From a candidate division FCPU426 bacterium (lineage in GTDB: Bacteria; Oederibacteriota; PGYV01; Palsa-1178): 64,000 nt of DNA. A model generated the notes under the pieces. It was given only the letters and a program-made list of their open reading frames with translations, was not told the DNA's origin and ran no database searches. The translations under genes were made by a program, and so were the position numbers. Position 1 is the first letter of the stretch, and every line of letters begins with the position of its first letter. Below are positions 1 to 10,249 of this stretch, piece after piece. The stretch lies in NCBI GenBank assembly GCA_963840035.1, contig CAWIXE010000001.1, forward strand, positions 608,001-672,000. The letters run 5' to 3'.

Positions 1-1
1 G

Positions 2-229
2 GAAGTATTAACGGGGATAGAATCCGTGAAGGCAGCCAGCGATATCTATTCACCGGTTTCCGGAAAAGTAGTGTCAGTCAACAGCGCTTTAGAAGGCGCT
101 CCTGAACTTGTCAACAAGTCGCCATATGAACAGGGCTGGATAGCCGAACTTGAAATATCCAATTCAGGGGAGACAGCCAACCTCATGGATTCAGCGGCAT
201 ATAAGGCGTATGTAGCCGGCCTGGAGTAA
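2..229 (+). CDS. gcvH: Glycine cleavage system H protein (5'-truncated by window edge)
   Basis: Frame open from base 2: IESVKAASDIYSP lipoyl-Lys motif, VNKSPYEQGWI; directly upstream of gcvPA/PB. Confidence 0.95.
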   Translation, partial: EVLTGIESVKAASDIYSPVSGKVVSVNSALEGAPELVNKSPYEQGWIAELEISNSGETANLMDSAAYKAYVAGLE

Positions 230-231
230 TT

Positions 232-1566
232 ATGGCCAAATTTACCCCTCACACAGAATCTGAAATAAGGGAAATGCTTGCCGTAACCGGATCAAAAGAT
301 ATTGACGCGCTTTTCGCGGACATTCCGGCGGGTTTAAAGCCGAAATCATTTGACCTGCCCGCGGGCATGACCGAGTATGAAGCCCTTTCAAAATTAAACT
401 CCCTTGCTTCCAAAAACAAAACAAACCTTACTGTCTTTGCAGGCGGCGGATATTACGACCACTTCATACCCGCGGCAGTTGACGCCATATCCTCGCGCGC
501 GGAATTTTATACCGCTTACACCCCTTACCAGCCCGAGGCTTCGCAGGGGACGCTTCAGGCCATATTTGAATACCAGACCATGATGGCGAAATTAACCGGG
601 CTTGAAGTGTCAAACGCCTCATTATACGACGGCGGCACGGCGCTCTATGAGGCGATAGCCATGGCTGTGCGCACTAACAACAGGTCCAGGATAATCATAG
701 ACAAAGGCGTGAACCCGCTTTACAGGCAGATAGTGAAGACATATGTCATAAACCAGGAAGTAGAAATAGTGGAAGTTGACCTTAAGGATGTTTCAACGGA
801 CAGGGAGAAGATCAAAGCCCTGCTTGATGAAAAGGCATCGGCGCTTGTGCTCCAGACACCGAACTTTTTCGGAATGGCAGACGATTATACCGACCTCTTC
901 GCGGCGGCGGAAGCAAAAGGAATTACAAAAATAGCGGTATTTTATCCCATGTCACTGGGCATCATGAAAACACCGGGGGAAATGGGCGCGGATATCGCGG
1001 TCGGCGACGGGCAGTCGCTCGGGCTCCCGCTTTCATTCGGCGGGCCGTACCTCGGAGTCATGGCCGCGTCAAAAGGATATGTCAGAAAAATGCCGGGCAG
1101 GATAGTGGGGGAGACAGTTGATAAGAACGGCACCAAGTGCTACGTGCTGACCTTACAGGCGCGCGAGCAGCATATACGAAGGGAAAAGGCCACGTCAAAC
1201 ATCTGCTCCAACCAGGCGCTCTGCGCCTTAAGGGCTGTCGTGTACCTTTCACTTATGGGCAAGGAAGGCTTCAGGAAAGCCTCACTTTTAAACCTGCAGA
1301 AGGGCGAGGAACTAAAAGAAGCCATAAAGAAAATAGCGGATGTAAAACCGGGCGCTACGTTTAATGAATTTACGGTTGACCTGAAAACAAACGCCGCGGA
1401 ATTCGCCAAAAAAATGGAAAGCAAAGGGTTCCTGGCGGGAGTGCCGGCTTCCATACATTTTCCGGAGATGAAAAACTACCTTGTGGTCGCAGCAACGGAA
1501 AAAAGAACGCAGGACGAAATAACCAAATATGCCGAAGCCTTTAAATCGGCCCTCAAGGGGGCTTAA
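232..1566 (+). CDS. gcvPA: Glycine dehydrogenase (decarboxylating) subunit 1
   Basis: YTAYTPYQPEASQG, NASLYDG, REQHIRREKATSNICSNQ motifs. Confidence 0.97.
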   Translation: MAKFTPHTESEIREMLAVTGSKDIDALFADIPAGLKPKSFDLPAGMTEYEALSKLNSLASKNKTNLTVFAGGGYYDHFIPAAVDAISSRAEFYTAYTPYQPEASQGTLQAIFEYQTMMAKLTGLEVSNASLYDGGTALYEAIAMAVRTNNRSRIIIDKGVNPLYRQIVKTYVINQEVEIVEVDLKDVSTDREKIKALLDEKASALVLQTPNFFGMADDYTDLFAAAEAKGITKIAVFYPMSLGIMKTPGEMGADIAVGDGQSLGLPLSFGGPYLGVMAASKGYVRKMPGRIVGETVDKNGTKCYVLTLQAREQHIRREKATSNICSNQALCALRAVVYLSLMGKEGFRKASLLNLQKGEELKEAIKKIADVKPGATFNEFTVDLKTNAAEFAKKMESKGFLAGVPASIHFPEMKNYLVVAATEKRTQDEITKYAEAFKSALKGA

Positions 1567-1569
1567 AGC

Positions 1570-3009
1570 ATGGAAAATATATTCGAAATATCCGTAAAGG
1601 GAAGGCACGGGGTAGACCCGGGCTCCCCGGATGAAAGCTGCTTAAAAAAAGTGCCGTCAGGATTATTACGCTCCACCGAGAGTAGTCTGCCGGAGTTATC
1701 TGAACTTGACGTGGTCAGGCATTACACCAGGCTCTCCCAGCTTAATTTTTCCGTTGATACACATTTTTACCCGCTTGGTTCATGCACCATGAAATACAAC
1801 CCAAAAGTAAATGAAGCTGCGGCTGTAATCCCGGGATTCACCGGGCTGCACCCGTACGCGCCTTACATAGATGAAAATTCATCGCAGGGAGCCCTTGAAG
1901 TTGTGCATGATCTTTCAAAACAACTTTGCGAGATAACAGGCATGAAAAGATTCACCACGCAGCCATACGCCGGCGCGCACGGCGAACTTTTGGGAATACT
2001 GTTGATCGCGGCTTACCATAAGAATAAAGGCAATAAAAAGAAATACATAGTGGTGCCGGAGTCGGCGCACGGCACAAACCCGGCAAGCGCGGCAGTCGCG
2101 GGATATACCATTATTACCGTGCCGGTTGATAAAGAAGGCGGCATGGACCTCGCCGCGTTTAAGGAAAAAATGAATGATGAAGTCGCCGGAGTAATGATGA
2201 CTCTCCCTTCAACCCTCGGGGTATTTGAGAGGAAGATAACTGAGATAGTAGAGGCAGCCAGGAAGCACGACGCGCTCATGTATTACGACGGAGCGAACTT
2301 AAACGCCATCATGGGCAGGTTAAGGCCCGGAGACGTGGGTTTTGACATAGTTCACATAAACCTGCACAAGACTTTTTCAACCCCTCACGGCGGCGGAGGC
2401 CCCGGCTCAGGCGTGGTCGGCGTGTCAGAGCGGCTTGTTGATTTCATGCCGGTGCCCTACGTGGTAAAGGGCGCTGACGGAAAATTTTCCATGGATTTCG
2501 GGCTTAAGAATTCGATAGGAAAGATAGCTTCGTTCTTCGGCAATTTCGGGGTGATGCTTAAGGCTTACACATACAACCTGATGCTTGGAAAAGAAGGGTT
2601 AAAAGACGTGACTGACATGGCGGTCTTAAACGCCAATTATGTAATGGCAAAACTAAAAGGCATTTATGACCTTCCGTATGACAGGATATGCATGCATGAG
2701 GCTGTATTTACGGCAAAGAACCAGATTAAAAACGGGGTGCACGCGCTGGATATTGCAAAGGCTTTAATTGACCGCGGCATACACCCGCCCACCATATACT
2801 TCCCGCTTGTCGTGGAAGAAGCCATAATGATTGAACCCACTGAGACGGAGTCAAAGCAGGAAATGGACATTTTTATCGGCGTCATGAAGGAAATAGCTGA
2901 AACAAGCAAATACGAGCCGGAAAAGATAAAAAGTTCCCCTTCTAAGACGGCAATATCCAGGCCTGATGAGACTAAGGCGGCGAGGGAATTAAAGCTAACT
3001 TGTTTTTAA
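1570..3009 (+). CDS. gcvPB: Glycine dehydrogenase (decarboxylating) subunit 2
   Basis: PLGSCTMKYNP, AHGTNPASA, PLP-Lys motif NLHKTFSTPHGGGGPG. Confidence 0.97.
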   Translation: MENIFEISVKGRHGVDPGSPDESCLKKVPSGLLRSTESSLPELSELDVVRHYTRLSQLNFSVDTHFYPLGSCTMKYNPKVNEAAAVIPGFTGLHPYAPYIDENSSQGALEVVHDLSKQLCEITGMKRFTTQPYAGAHGELLGILLIAAYHKNKGNKKKYIVVPESAHGTNPASAAVAGYTIITVPVDKEGGMDLAAFKEKMNDEVAGVMMTLPSTLGVFERKITEIVEAARKHDALMYYDGANLNAIMGRLRPGDVGFDIVHINLHKTFSTPHGGGGPGSGVVGVSERLVDFMPVPYVVKGADGKFSMDFGLKNSIGKIASFFGNFGVMLKAYTYNLMLGKEGLKDVTDMAVLNANYVMAKLKGIYDLPYDRICMHEAVFTAKNQIKNGVHALDIAKALIDRGIHPPTIYFPLVVEEAIMIEPTETESKQEMDIFIGVMKEIAETSKYEPEKIKSSPSKTAISRPDETKAARELKLTCF

Positions 3010-3111
3010 AACAGATAAAGACAGGGAAAGTTTTAAGTTTAAAGTTTGAAGATGAGGCTGTTCTTATCTTAAATCTTAAAACTTCAAACTTCCCTTTCTC
3101 AGAAGGAACTC

Positions 3112-3912
3112 ATGCAAACTAAAACCGTCCGCTTCATCCCTTTCGCCTACTACTCGCCCTATGAGAACATGGCCATAGATGAGTTCCTTATATCATATTA
3201 TGAAAAAACAAAAATTCCGGTATTAAGGCTCTATTCATGGCGGCCAGCCGGCATATCAGCAGGAAAAAACCAGGACGTAAATCTCGACATAGATATTGCC
3301 GCATGCAAAGCCGCGGGAATTCCCGTAGTCAGGCGGTTAACCGGAGGCGGCGCCATATTCCACAAGAACGAATTAACCTACTCCATTGCCTGCTCTGACA
3401 CGGACTTTATCGGCAAGAAAGCTGGGGTTAAAGAATCGTTTGAAAACCTGAATGCCTTTATACTTAAAATGTATTTTAAATTCGGGCTTGAAGCTTCGTA
3501 CGGCAAAGATGCATTCCCGGGTGAAAAGAGTCTGGGCGCGAGGCAGGGGTTCTGCTTTGCCGGCAATGAGGAATATGACATCATAATTAAAGGAAAAAAG
3601 ACCGGAGGCAACGCGCAGTACAGGCGCAGGGAGATAATATTTCAGCACGGGTCAATACCCCTGGATGAAAATGAGGACGCGCAGAAATACTTCAAATGCC
3701 CGGTAAACAGGGATAACTTCACATCGCTCGATAGGCTGCTCGGAAGGGAAGTAACAGCGGGAGAAGTTGCGGCGAACCTGGGGGCGGCGTTCATGGAAAC
3801 GTTTGGATGCGATTTAAAGGAAGAGACGCTGTCCATGGATGAAAAACGAGGAGCCATCGGCATAATGACGTCTAAATATGCTACGGATAACTGGAACTTA
3901 AAAAAAATATAA
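3112..3912 (+). CDS. Lipoate-protein ligase / octanoyltransferase (LplA/LipM family)
   Basis: NMAIDE, LRLYSW, VRRLTGGGAIFH, KKTGGNAQ, QHGSI motifs; between gcv and lipA. Confidence 0.9.
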   Translation: MQTKTVRFIPFAYYSPYENMAIDEFLISYYEKTKIPVLRLYSWRPAGISAGKNQDVNLDIDIAACKAAGIPVVRRLTGGGAIFHKNELTYSIACSDTDFIGKKAGVKESFENLNAFILKMYFKFGLEASYGKDAFPGEKSLGARQGFCFAGNEEYDIIIKGKKTGGNAQYRRREIIFQHGSIPLDENEDAQKYFKCPVNRDNFTSLDRLLGREVTAGEVAANLGAAFMETFGCDLKEETLSMDEKRGAIGIMTSKYATDNWNLKKI

Positions 3913-3998
3913 TGAATAATGAAGGTGTGTGGTGGCACGTGTTATTTAAAAAGACTTCCGCGTGCCGCTCTTGCAGGGTATGAATGTTTACGGCCACT

Positions 3999-4067
3999 GT
4001 AGAGAGGGGGCTTGCCCCCTCTCAAACGCAGGCCCAATGCCTGAGAGGGGGCAAGCCCCCTCTCTAC
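3999..4067. repeat. REP doublet (GTAGAGAGGGGG class)
   Basis: GTAGAGAGGGGGCTTGCCCCCTCTC and its inverse; another copy at ~38305-38329. Confidence 0.85.
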
Positions 4068-4135
4068 GAAACATGTGTGGGTAGCTGCAAATGGCAGTTC
4101 AAATAGGATGTAATGATTCAAATAAAAGGAAAAAC

Positions 4136-5023
4136 ATGCAAAAGCCAACGTACGCCAAAAAGAAGATAGACTTCAAACAGATGCACGAAACCGAATCAGC
4201 TCTTGCGGGGCTTAAACTTCATACCGTCTGCCACCAGGCGCGCTGTCCCAATATATCAGAATGTTTTGGCAGGGGCACGGCTACGTTCCTCATACTCGGC
4301 GATACCTGTACGAGGAATTGTTCGTTCTGCAACGTAAAAAAAGGTGTTCCTGCTGCAGCGGACTTAAGCGAACCTGCGAGAATCGCCGAAGCTGTGGAAA
4401 AACTTAAATTGAAATACGCCGTAATAACTTCTGTGACGAGAGATGATATGGAAGACGGTGGAGCTGGGGTTTTTGCTGAGGTAATAAAACAGATTAATCA
4501 CAGGTCCCAAATCCCAAATCCCAAAGAAGGGCAATTGAATTCACGCAAAGTCAAAGTTGAGGTGCTTGTTCCTGATTTTAAAGCTGACAGAAATGCTATA
4601 AAAACAGTCCTGGACGCCGGGCCTGATGTATTTGCCCATAACGTTGAGACAGTGCCTTCATTATATAAGGTAAGGAAAGGCGCGGATTATAAACGGAGCC
4701 TTGAGGTGTTAAGGCTGGCAAAGGAAATATCGCCGAAGGCAGTGACAAAATCAGCGGTGCTGCTGGGGCTCGGCGAAAAAGAGGAAGAGCTGCGGACAGT
4801 ATTTGACGACCTGGTAAAAGCGGGCTGTGATTACATAAGCATCGGGCAATACCTGCAGCCTGACAAGCAACATCATGAAGTGGTGGAATATATAAAGCCG
4901 GCAGTGTTTGATTGGTATAAAAAACAGGCGTATAAAGCCGGATTTAAGCATGTCGAGAGCGGAGTATGGGTAAGAAGTTCATATATGGCGGAAACGTATA
5001 ATAGTACGCAAAAACAGTTTTAG
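4136..5023 (+). CDS. lipA: Lipoyl synthase
   Basis: TVCHQARCPNISECF plus radical SAM CTRNCSFC, C-terminal VRSSY; ATG 4136 follows AAGGA. Confidence 0.96.
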   Translation: MQKPTYAKKKIDFKQMHETESALAGLKLHTVCHQARCPNISECFGRGTATFLILGDTCTRNCSFCNVKKGVPAAADLSEPARIAEAVEKLKLKYAVITSVTRDDMEDGGAGVFAEVIKQINHRSQIPNPKEGQLNSRKVKVEVLVPDFKADRNAIKTVLDAGPDVFAHNVETVPSLYKVRKGADYKRSLEVLRLAKEISPKAVTKSAVLLGLGEKEEELRTVFDDLVKAGCDYISIGQYLQPDKQHHEVVEYIKPAVFDWYKKQAYKAGFKHVESGVWVRSSYMAETYNSTQKQF

Positions 5024-5028
5024 ATTTC

Positions 5029-5104
5029 GTAGGGGCGAGCCGGTGGCTCGCCCGGTTTTAGACCCTCGGTCTGAGGGCCGGGCGAGCCACCGGCTCGCCC
5101 CTAC
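5029..5104. repeat. REP doublet (GTAGGGGCGAGCC class)
   Basis: GTAGGGGCGAGCCGGTGGCTCGCCC and its inverse; copies at ~53738 and 55025-55104. Confidence 0.85.
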
Positions 5105-5203
5105 GAAGACAAACAATAAAAATACCCGGGTTGCAATACGGTAAAATTTGAGCTATTATAATAATGAAACTATTTTGAATGTAACAAACGGAGGGTAATA
5201 ATA

Positions 5204-6490
5204 ATGTATGATATTCTAATCATCGGTTCCGGGCCTGCAGGCCATACCGCGGCTCTGGAAGCGGCAAAACTAAAATTAAAGACCGCTGTAATAGAGAGGG
5301 ACCCTTCAAAACTCGGGGGCGTGTGCTTAAATGAGGGGTGCATACCTTTAAAAGGGCTGCTTCACTATTCCCAGCATGAGACCGATTATCACGCCATACG
5401 CGGCAACGTTATGCAGAGGGTCCAGTTCATAAAGGACGGACTAAAGGCAAGGATGCTCGGAGCGGGAATAGAAATAATAGAGGGCGACGCAAAGTTTACA
5501 TCGGCGTCAGCCGTGGAAGTGCGCGGTAAAAAAATTGAGGCAAAGCATATAATCATAGCGGTCGGTTCATCCCCCAAAAAAATATTCAGCAATCCCGCGG
5601 TGCTTTCACCGGATAAGATATTTGAACTCGATGAAGTGCCGAAAAAAGCCCTTATAATCGGAGGAGGCGTCATAGGCTGTGAGTATGCGTCTTTTCTTAA
5701 TAATATAGGCGTAACAGTTGAAATAGTGGAACTCTTGGATACCATACTCTTCGGCGAAGACGAGGAAGCGGTAAGGACGCTTTCGCGCGAGTTTAAGAAG
5801 AAAAAGATAAGGCTGTATGAAAAAAGCGAAGTGACCGGAATCAGCACTGACGGAGTGGTAAATATTAAAAGCGGGGACACAATAATAACCGACAAGTATG
5901 ACATGATTATTGAGGCCATAGGCAGGAGGCCAAACACCGGCAGGCTGGGACTTGAGGCCGCCGGCATAGAAACTGACCAGCGCGGATTTATTAAGGTAAA
6001 TAACAGCATGCAGACCACTGCGGCAGGGGTTTATGCCATAGGCGACTGCATACCCACCCCGATGCTCGCTTATACCGGGTACAAGGAAGCGGAAGCGGCG
6101 ATAAACCACATTACAAAAGGTTTTCAGGGGAACCTGGACTACGGTACGGCGCCGAAACTGGTATTCTCATGCCCGCAGCTTGGGTCCACCGGATTAAGTG
6201 AGGCAAAGGCAAAAGAGCAGGGAATAAATTATAAAATCCATAAATACTTCTTTAAAGCCATAGGCAAAGCCGTGGTCGAAGGCAAAGATGCCGGGTATTT
6301 AAAGATGTTGGTAGATACCGACAGAAACGTTGTAATAGGCGCGACGGCTGTGGGAAGCGAGATAACGGAGCTTATAAACGAGCTCACGGTCATCATAAAA
6401 GCGCAGGTTAAAGTTGATATCCTTAAGGAATGCATGCACATACATCCATCCTACTCGGAAATAATTATAGAGGCGCTCAACTTCGGGTAA
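5204..6490 (+). CDS. lpdA: Dihydrolipoamide dehydrogenase
   Basis: GSGPAG FAD motif, GGVCLNEGCIP disulfide, GGGVIG, HPSYSE. Confidence 0.93.
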   Translation: MYDILIIGSGPAGHTAALEAAKLKLKTAVIERDPSKLGGVCLNEGCIPLKGLLHYSQHETDYHAIRGNVMQRVQFIKDGLKARMLGAGIEIIEGDAKFTSASAVEVRGKKIEAKHIIIAVGSSPKKIFSNPAVLSPDKIFELDEVPKKALIIGGGVIGCEYASFLNNIGVTVEIVELLDTILFGEDEEAVRTLSREFKKKKIRLYEKSEVTGISTDGVVNIKSGDTIITDKYDMIIEAIGRRPNTGRLGLEAAGIETDQRGFIKVNNSMQTTAAGVYAIGDCIPTPMLAYTGYKEAEAAINHITKGFQGNLDYGTAPKLVFSCPQLGSTGLSEAKAKEQGINYKIHKYFFKAIGKAVVEGKDAGYLKMLVDTDRNVVIGATAVGSEITELINELTVIIKAQVKVDILKECMHIHPSYSEIIIEALNFG

Positions 6491-6492
6491 GC

Positions 6493-6699
6493 GCCTCAGA
6501 AATCCACGTTAAGGCTCCAGAAATCCTCCTCTTATCCTCCTTTCTGGAACAAAGGAGGACGATTAGTTGAGTAGTCATATACTGGAGACGGAACATACAA
6601 CGAAAAAATTGATGTCTGTTACGCCTCAAGTCCTGATACAAGTGAAGTAATCGTCTCCCTTTGTTTCAGAAAGGGAGATAAGAGAGGGATTTCTGAGGC
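6493..6699. repeat. Long inverted-repeat (MITE-like) element
   Basis: ~50-bp arms 6517-6565 and 6648-6699, each with an internal hairpin; related interrupted arm at 52531-52660. Confidence 0.7.
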
Positions 6700-6724
6700 T
6701 CTAACGATGACGGTGAGACACGGG

Positions 6725-7798
6725 ATGAATTTCAAAAAGTATTTCAAACAAATCGCAAGTACGGCTATTTCTCTGTTTTTACTGTCGTCCTGCGCCACAA
6801 ATCCATTACAACAAACCCCCGTTGATACCATGACCAAGCCGGGCGAAGTCTCTTTTTGCGCGGCGGGGGATGTGATGCTAGACCGGGGGGTGAAACAGCG
6901 GATAGTTGATAACGGTCTGGATTACATTTTTAAGAAAACAGGGTCATTTATCAAGGTCAGAAACATTTCATTCTGCAACCTGGAAGGGCCTGTTTCAACA
7001 AGGGGAAAAAGAAAGAACGGAGGCTTTGCTTTCAGGGCTGAGCCTGATTACCTCGCTGCTGTAAAAAATACCGGGTTCAACCTGGTATCCGTGGGAAATA
7101 ACCACATGATGGACTACGGCGCGGACGCATTAACCGACACCTTAAATTACCTGGATGATAGAGGCATCGCATACGCCGGAGCCGGATTAAACAGGGCGCA
7201 GGCGAGGGGCTTTAAGATAGTTGAAGTAAACGGGGTTAAGATAGCATTAATTGCCGACCTGGATATGCCTTTTAAAGTGGAGGAAGTTCCTGACGATCCG
7301 GAAGTTCCCCAGATGTCAGAAAGGCGCGGGCTTGAGGAAATGGTAAAGGAAATAAAGCTGGCGAAAACGCAGGCTGATTTTGTCGTCGTGTCATACCACT
7401 GGGGTTATGAATATGTGAATTACCCAATAACCGACCAGTCATTGCTGGCGCGCGGCTGCATAGACGCGGGGGCTGACCTGGTACTGGGGCATCACCCTCA
7501 TGTGGCGCAGGGCGTGGAAACGTACAAAGGAAAGCCTATCATATACAGCATGGGAAACCTGGTTTTTGACCAGTTCAGGGAGATCACATCCAGGACATTC
7601 TTTTTTGCCTGCGATTTTCTAAAGGACGGCTCCATTAAAAACGCCTTCATAACCCCGGTGTTGATAGTGAAAAACCGGCCTGAGTTCGCTAAAGGAAAAG
7701 AAGGAAAACGAATCAGGGATAGGGTAATAAAGCTTTCAAAGAAGTTTGGGACGGTATTTACGGAAAAGGACGGAAGGTTGTATCTTAAGGGATTTTGA
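6725..7798 (+). CDS. CapA/PgsA-family metallophosphoesterase, probable lipoprotein
   Basis: GDVML, NLEGP, GNNHMMDYG, HWGYEY, GHHPHV, YSMGN motifs; lipobox LSSC. Confidence 0.88.
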   Translation: MNFKKYFKQIASTAISLFLLSSCATNPLQQTPVDTMTKPGEVSFCAAGDVMLDRGVKQRIVDNGLDYIFKKTGSFIKVRNISFCNLEGPVSTRGKRKNGGFAFRAEPDYLAAVKNTGFNLVSVGNNHMMDYGADALTDTLNYLDDRGIAYAGAGLNRAQARGFKIVEVNGVKIALIADLDMPFKVEEVPDDPEVPQMSERRGLEEMVKEIKLAKTQADFVVVSYHWGYEYVNYPITDQSLLARGCIDAGADLVLGHHPHVAQGVETYKGKPIIYSMGNLVFDQFREITSRTFFFACDFLKDGSIKNAFITPVLIVKNRPEFAKGKEGKRIRDRVIKLSKKFGTVFTEKDGRLYLKGF

Positions 7799-7890
7799 GA
7801 TAAAGCAAGTTTTTAGTTTTAGGTTTGAAGATGCAGGTCCGCAGGCTGTCTAAATCTTAAAACTAAAAACTTCAAACTTTTCTATCTGCA

Positions 7891-9897
7891 TCACCGATCC
7901 AAACCCAGCGCCTTCATCTTCGCCACCCAGTCTTTTGCCATGGTATAGTTCGGGTCATATTCCAGGGTTTTGGTCAGTTCCTTATATGCCAGCTTGTATT
8001 CCTTCATCCTGAAATACGCGGCTCCGAGGTTGTAGCGCGCTTCGAGGCTCGCGGGCTTGTACTTTAGCACTTCGAGGTACATGTCGCGCGATTTTGGAAA
8101 ATCACCCTGGTTAAAATAGATGTTTGCCAGGTTGTTTAAGGCCGCGGTGAATTTCGGGTTTAACGCCAGGACCGCGTTATATTCCGCTATGGCCTTATCC
8201 AGCATGTTGTTATTCATATATACATTTCCCACGTTATAATGCGATTCTATGAAATGAGGGAACATTTTTAAGCCTTTGTTATAATACTCCACAGCTTTAT
8301 CAATGTTTTTTTCCGCGTTGTAGGCGTTGCCGTTGTATAGCACAAGTTCTATAACGTCAGTACCGCGCGGGTTTGAACTTAAGCCCCGCTCAAAAAAACC
8401 GCGTGCCTCGTCATATCTTCCCGCGGCAAAAGAAGCCTGGCCGGTTTTTATGCAGGAGTTGGATAAAAGCGTGGAAAACTGAAGGCCCGAGACAAAAGCG
8501 GCAACGATAATGAGCAGTATAGCGGCAAAACCGTTAAATTTCCGTCCTGTGAATGTAATGGTTTTTCTTTCCTCGGCCAGCGACAGTATGGCGAATATGG
8601 ACCACAGCAGGATGAGCGTGGTGGCTACGCGCCATGGAAAATTCAACAGCGCGTTTATCATGAAAGCTATGGCCGCGCCGGAGACGCCCAGCAGGATGTT
8701 TTTCGTCAGCGTATCAGGTTCTTTTAACGCCCTTCCGATGGATATGGATAAAAGCGCCGCCAAAAGCCAGATGAAAACGCCAAGGCCTAAAAAACCCTGC
8801 TCGGCGAATGTCTGGAGGTAATCATTATGAGTGTATAATTCCACATGCGGTTCCACCTGCGCGGCCATATCAGGCGCGGCTTTAAGCCACCTGTCATAAA
8901 CCTTTTTCTGGTAAAAGGAGGTATTAAGCGAAAATCCGCCGATGCCGGCGCCTAGGATGGGGTTATGCATTCCCATCTGAACGGCTGACTCCCAGTAAAA
9001 AAGCCTGACAGAGGCTGAGTTGCTGGTAAGGGATAAGCCGCTTTTTAGCCTGTCCACGAGCGACTGGCTGTTTTTATTTATGGGGTTCGGGAAGGAAAAT
9101 ATAAGGACAAGAAATATTACAAAAGCCGCGATTGAGGCCGTAAAGACCTTCTGCTTCGCGAAAAAATCCTTCCCGTAGAGCACCGCGAACATTATGAACA
9201 TGTAAACAAGGGAGCCTAAAAAACCCAGCCACGCGCCGCGGCCATGGGAGACAATTATGAGGAAAAACATCATGGATAAAAAAAGCGCGAGAACGAACTT
9301 GATAAGCCTGGTGATTGGCGAGAGTATGAGCACTATCATCAGCGGTATAAGTATGGAAAACTGGGCAGCCATGTAGTCCGGGTTGCCCATGGTGGAATAG
9401 ACCCTGCCTTCCCCGAATGAAACCCACTTAATAAAATCAACGCCAAAGTACTGGAGGATGCCGTAGGCCACCACTATGAAATGCGCCGCGAATATAAAAT
9501 AGAGCAGTTTGAAAATATCGTTTTTGGAGAATACGTTTATAATAAGGAAGTACAGCAGCCCGTTGGCAAGGATGAACTTGAAATACTGCCAGTGCATGGG
9601 CCCCGCGTTCGCGTTAAGGTAAAGGCCCTTAAAAAGGGAAAGCATTGCCACGGCAATTACAGCCGCCGCAGGTATGGAAAACGATGACCATTTGAAATAA
9701 AAATTACCCGACAGGGCCTGTCTGGCCAGGAACAGAACCGTGCTAATGGCAATCAGCGAGTAAAATATGGAGGTTTTAGGGGTCTCAAAAGCTTCGTTGG
9801 CGGAAAGCCAGAAGGAAAGGGGTACTATGAAAAGTATGGAATATATGGAAAGTTGAAGAGCTTTATCCAGGTACTTTTTAAGTATGTCCGTGTTCAA
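7891..9897 (-). CDS. O-antigen ligase (Wzy_C) family membrane protein with C-terminal TPRs
   Basis: Many TM segments, STMGNPDY, SHGRGAW, R..YW, HNDYLQ motifs, then TPR repeats; TTG start after GGAGG. Confidence 0.85.
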   Translation of the reverse strand: MNTDILKKYLDKALQLSIYSILFIVPLSFWLSANEAFETPKTSIFYSLIAISTVLFLARQALSGNFYFKWSSFSIPAAAVIAVAMLSLFKGLYLNANAGPMHWQYFKFILANGLLYFLIINVFSKNDIFKLLYFIFAAHFIVVAYGILQYFGVDFIKWVSFGEGRVYSTMGNPDYMAAQFSILIPLMIVLILSPITRLIKFVLALFLSMMFFLIIVSHGRGAWLGFLGSLVYMFIMFAVLYGKDFFAKQKVFTASIAAFVIFLVLIFSFPNPINKNSQSLVDRLKSGLSLTSNSASVRLFYWESAVQMGMHNPILGAGIGGFSLNTSFYQKKVYDRWLKAAPDMAAQVEPHVELYTHNDYLQTFAEQGFLGLGVFIWLLAALLSISIGRALKEPDTLTKNILLGVSGAAIAFMINALLNFPWRVATTLILLWSIFAILSLAEERKTITFTGRKFNGFAAILLIIVAAFVSGLQFSTLLSNSCIKTGQASFAAGRYDEARGFFERGLSSNPRGTDVIELVLYNGNAYNAEKNIDKAVEYYNKGLKMFPHFIESHYNVGNVYMNNNMLDKAIAEYNAVLALNPKFTAALNNLANIYFNQGDFPKSRDMYLEVLKYKPASLEARYNLGAAYFRMKEYKLAYKELTKTLEYDPNYTMAKDWVAKMKALGLDR

Positions 9898-10051
9898 ACC
9901 TTCCTCCTTATATATAAGCGTTATAGTGATTGTATTTTAGAGGGAAATAAAAGTCAATAAGGGAATTACTTTGATTCTAGATTCCGGATTCTAGATTTTG
10001 GATTAATGGCAAGTTCCAAACAATCCAGAATCAAGAATCCGGAATTTAGAA

Positions 10052-10107
10052 TTGACTTTATGCAGCCCTTATGTTATATTTAACCAAATGGTTAAACTAA
10101 ACGGTTA
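10052..10107 (+). promoter_or_regulatory. Sigma70 promoter with adjacent palindromic TetR-type operator
   Basis: TTGACT-17-TATATT (10052-10080), then TTAACC-N4-GGTTAA and a second imperfect copy. Confidence 0.65.
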
Positions 10108-10249
10108 ATTAACATTAAACCCGGAAGTGAAGGCAAATGAAGAATAAAAAAGCAAAGCCCGCAATCAAAAGGAAACCAAAGAAAGTTAAAAGCACAAACA
10201 TAAAACAGGTGGCTAAGGCTATTGCTGCCTGGGTTTATTAGGAGGGCGC

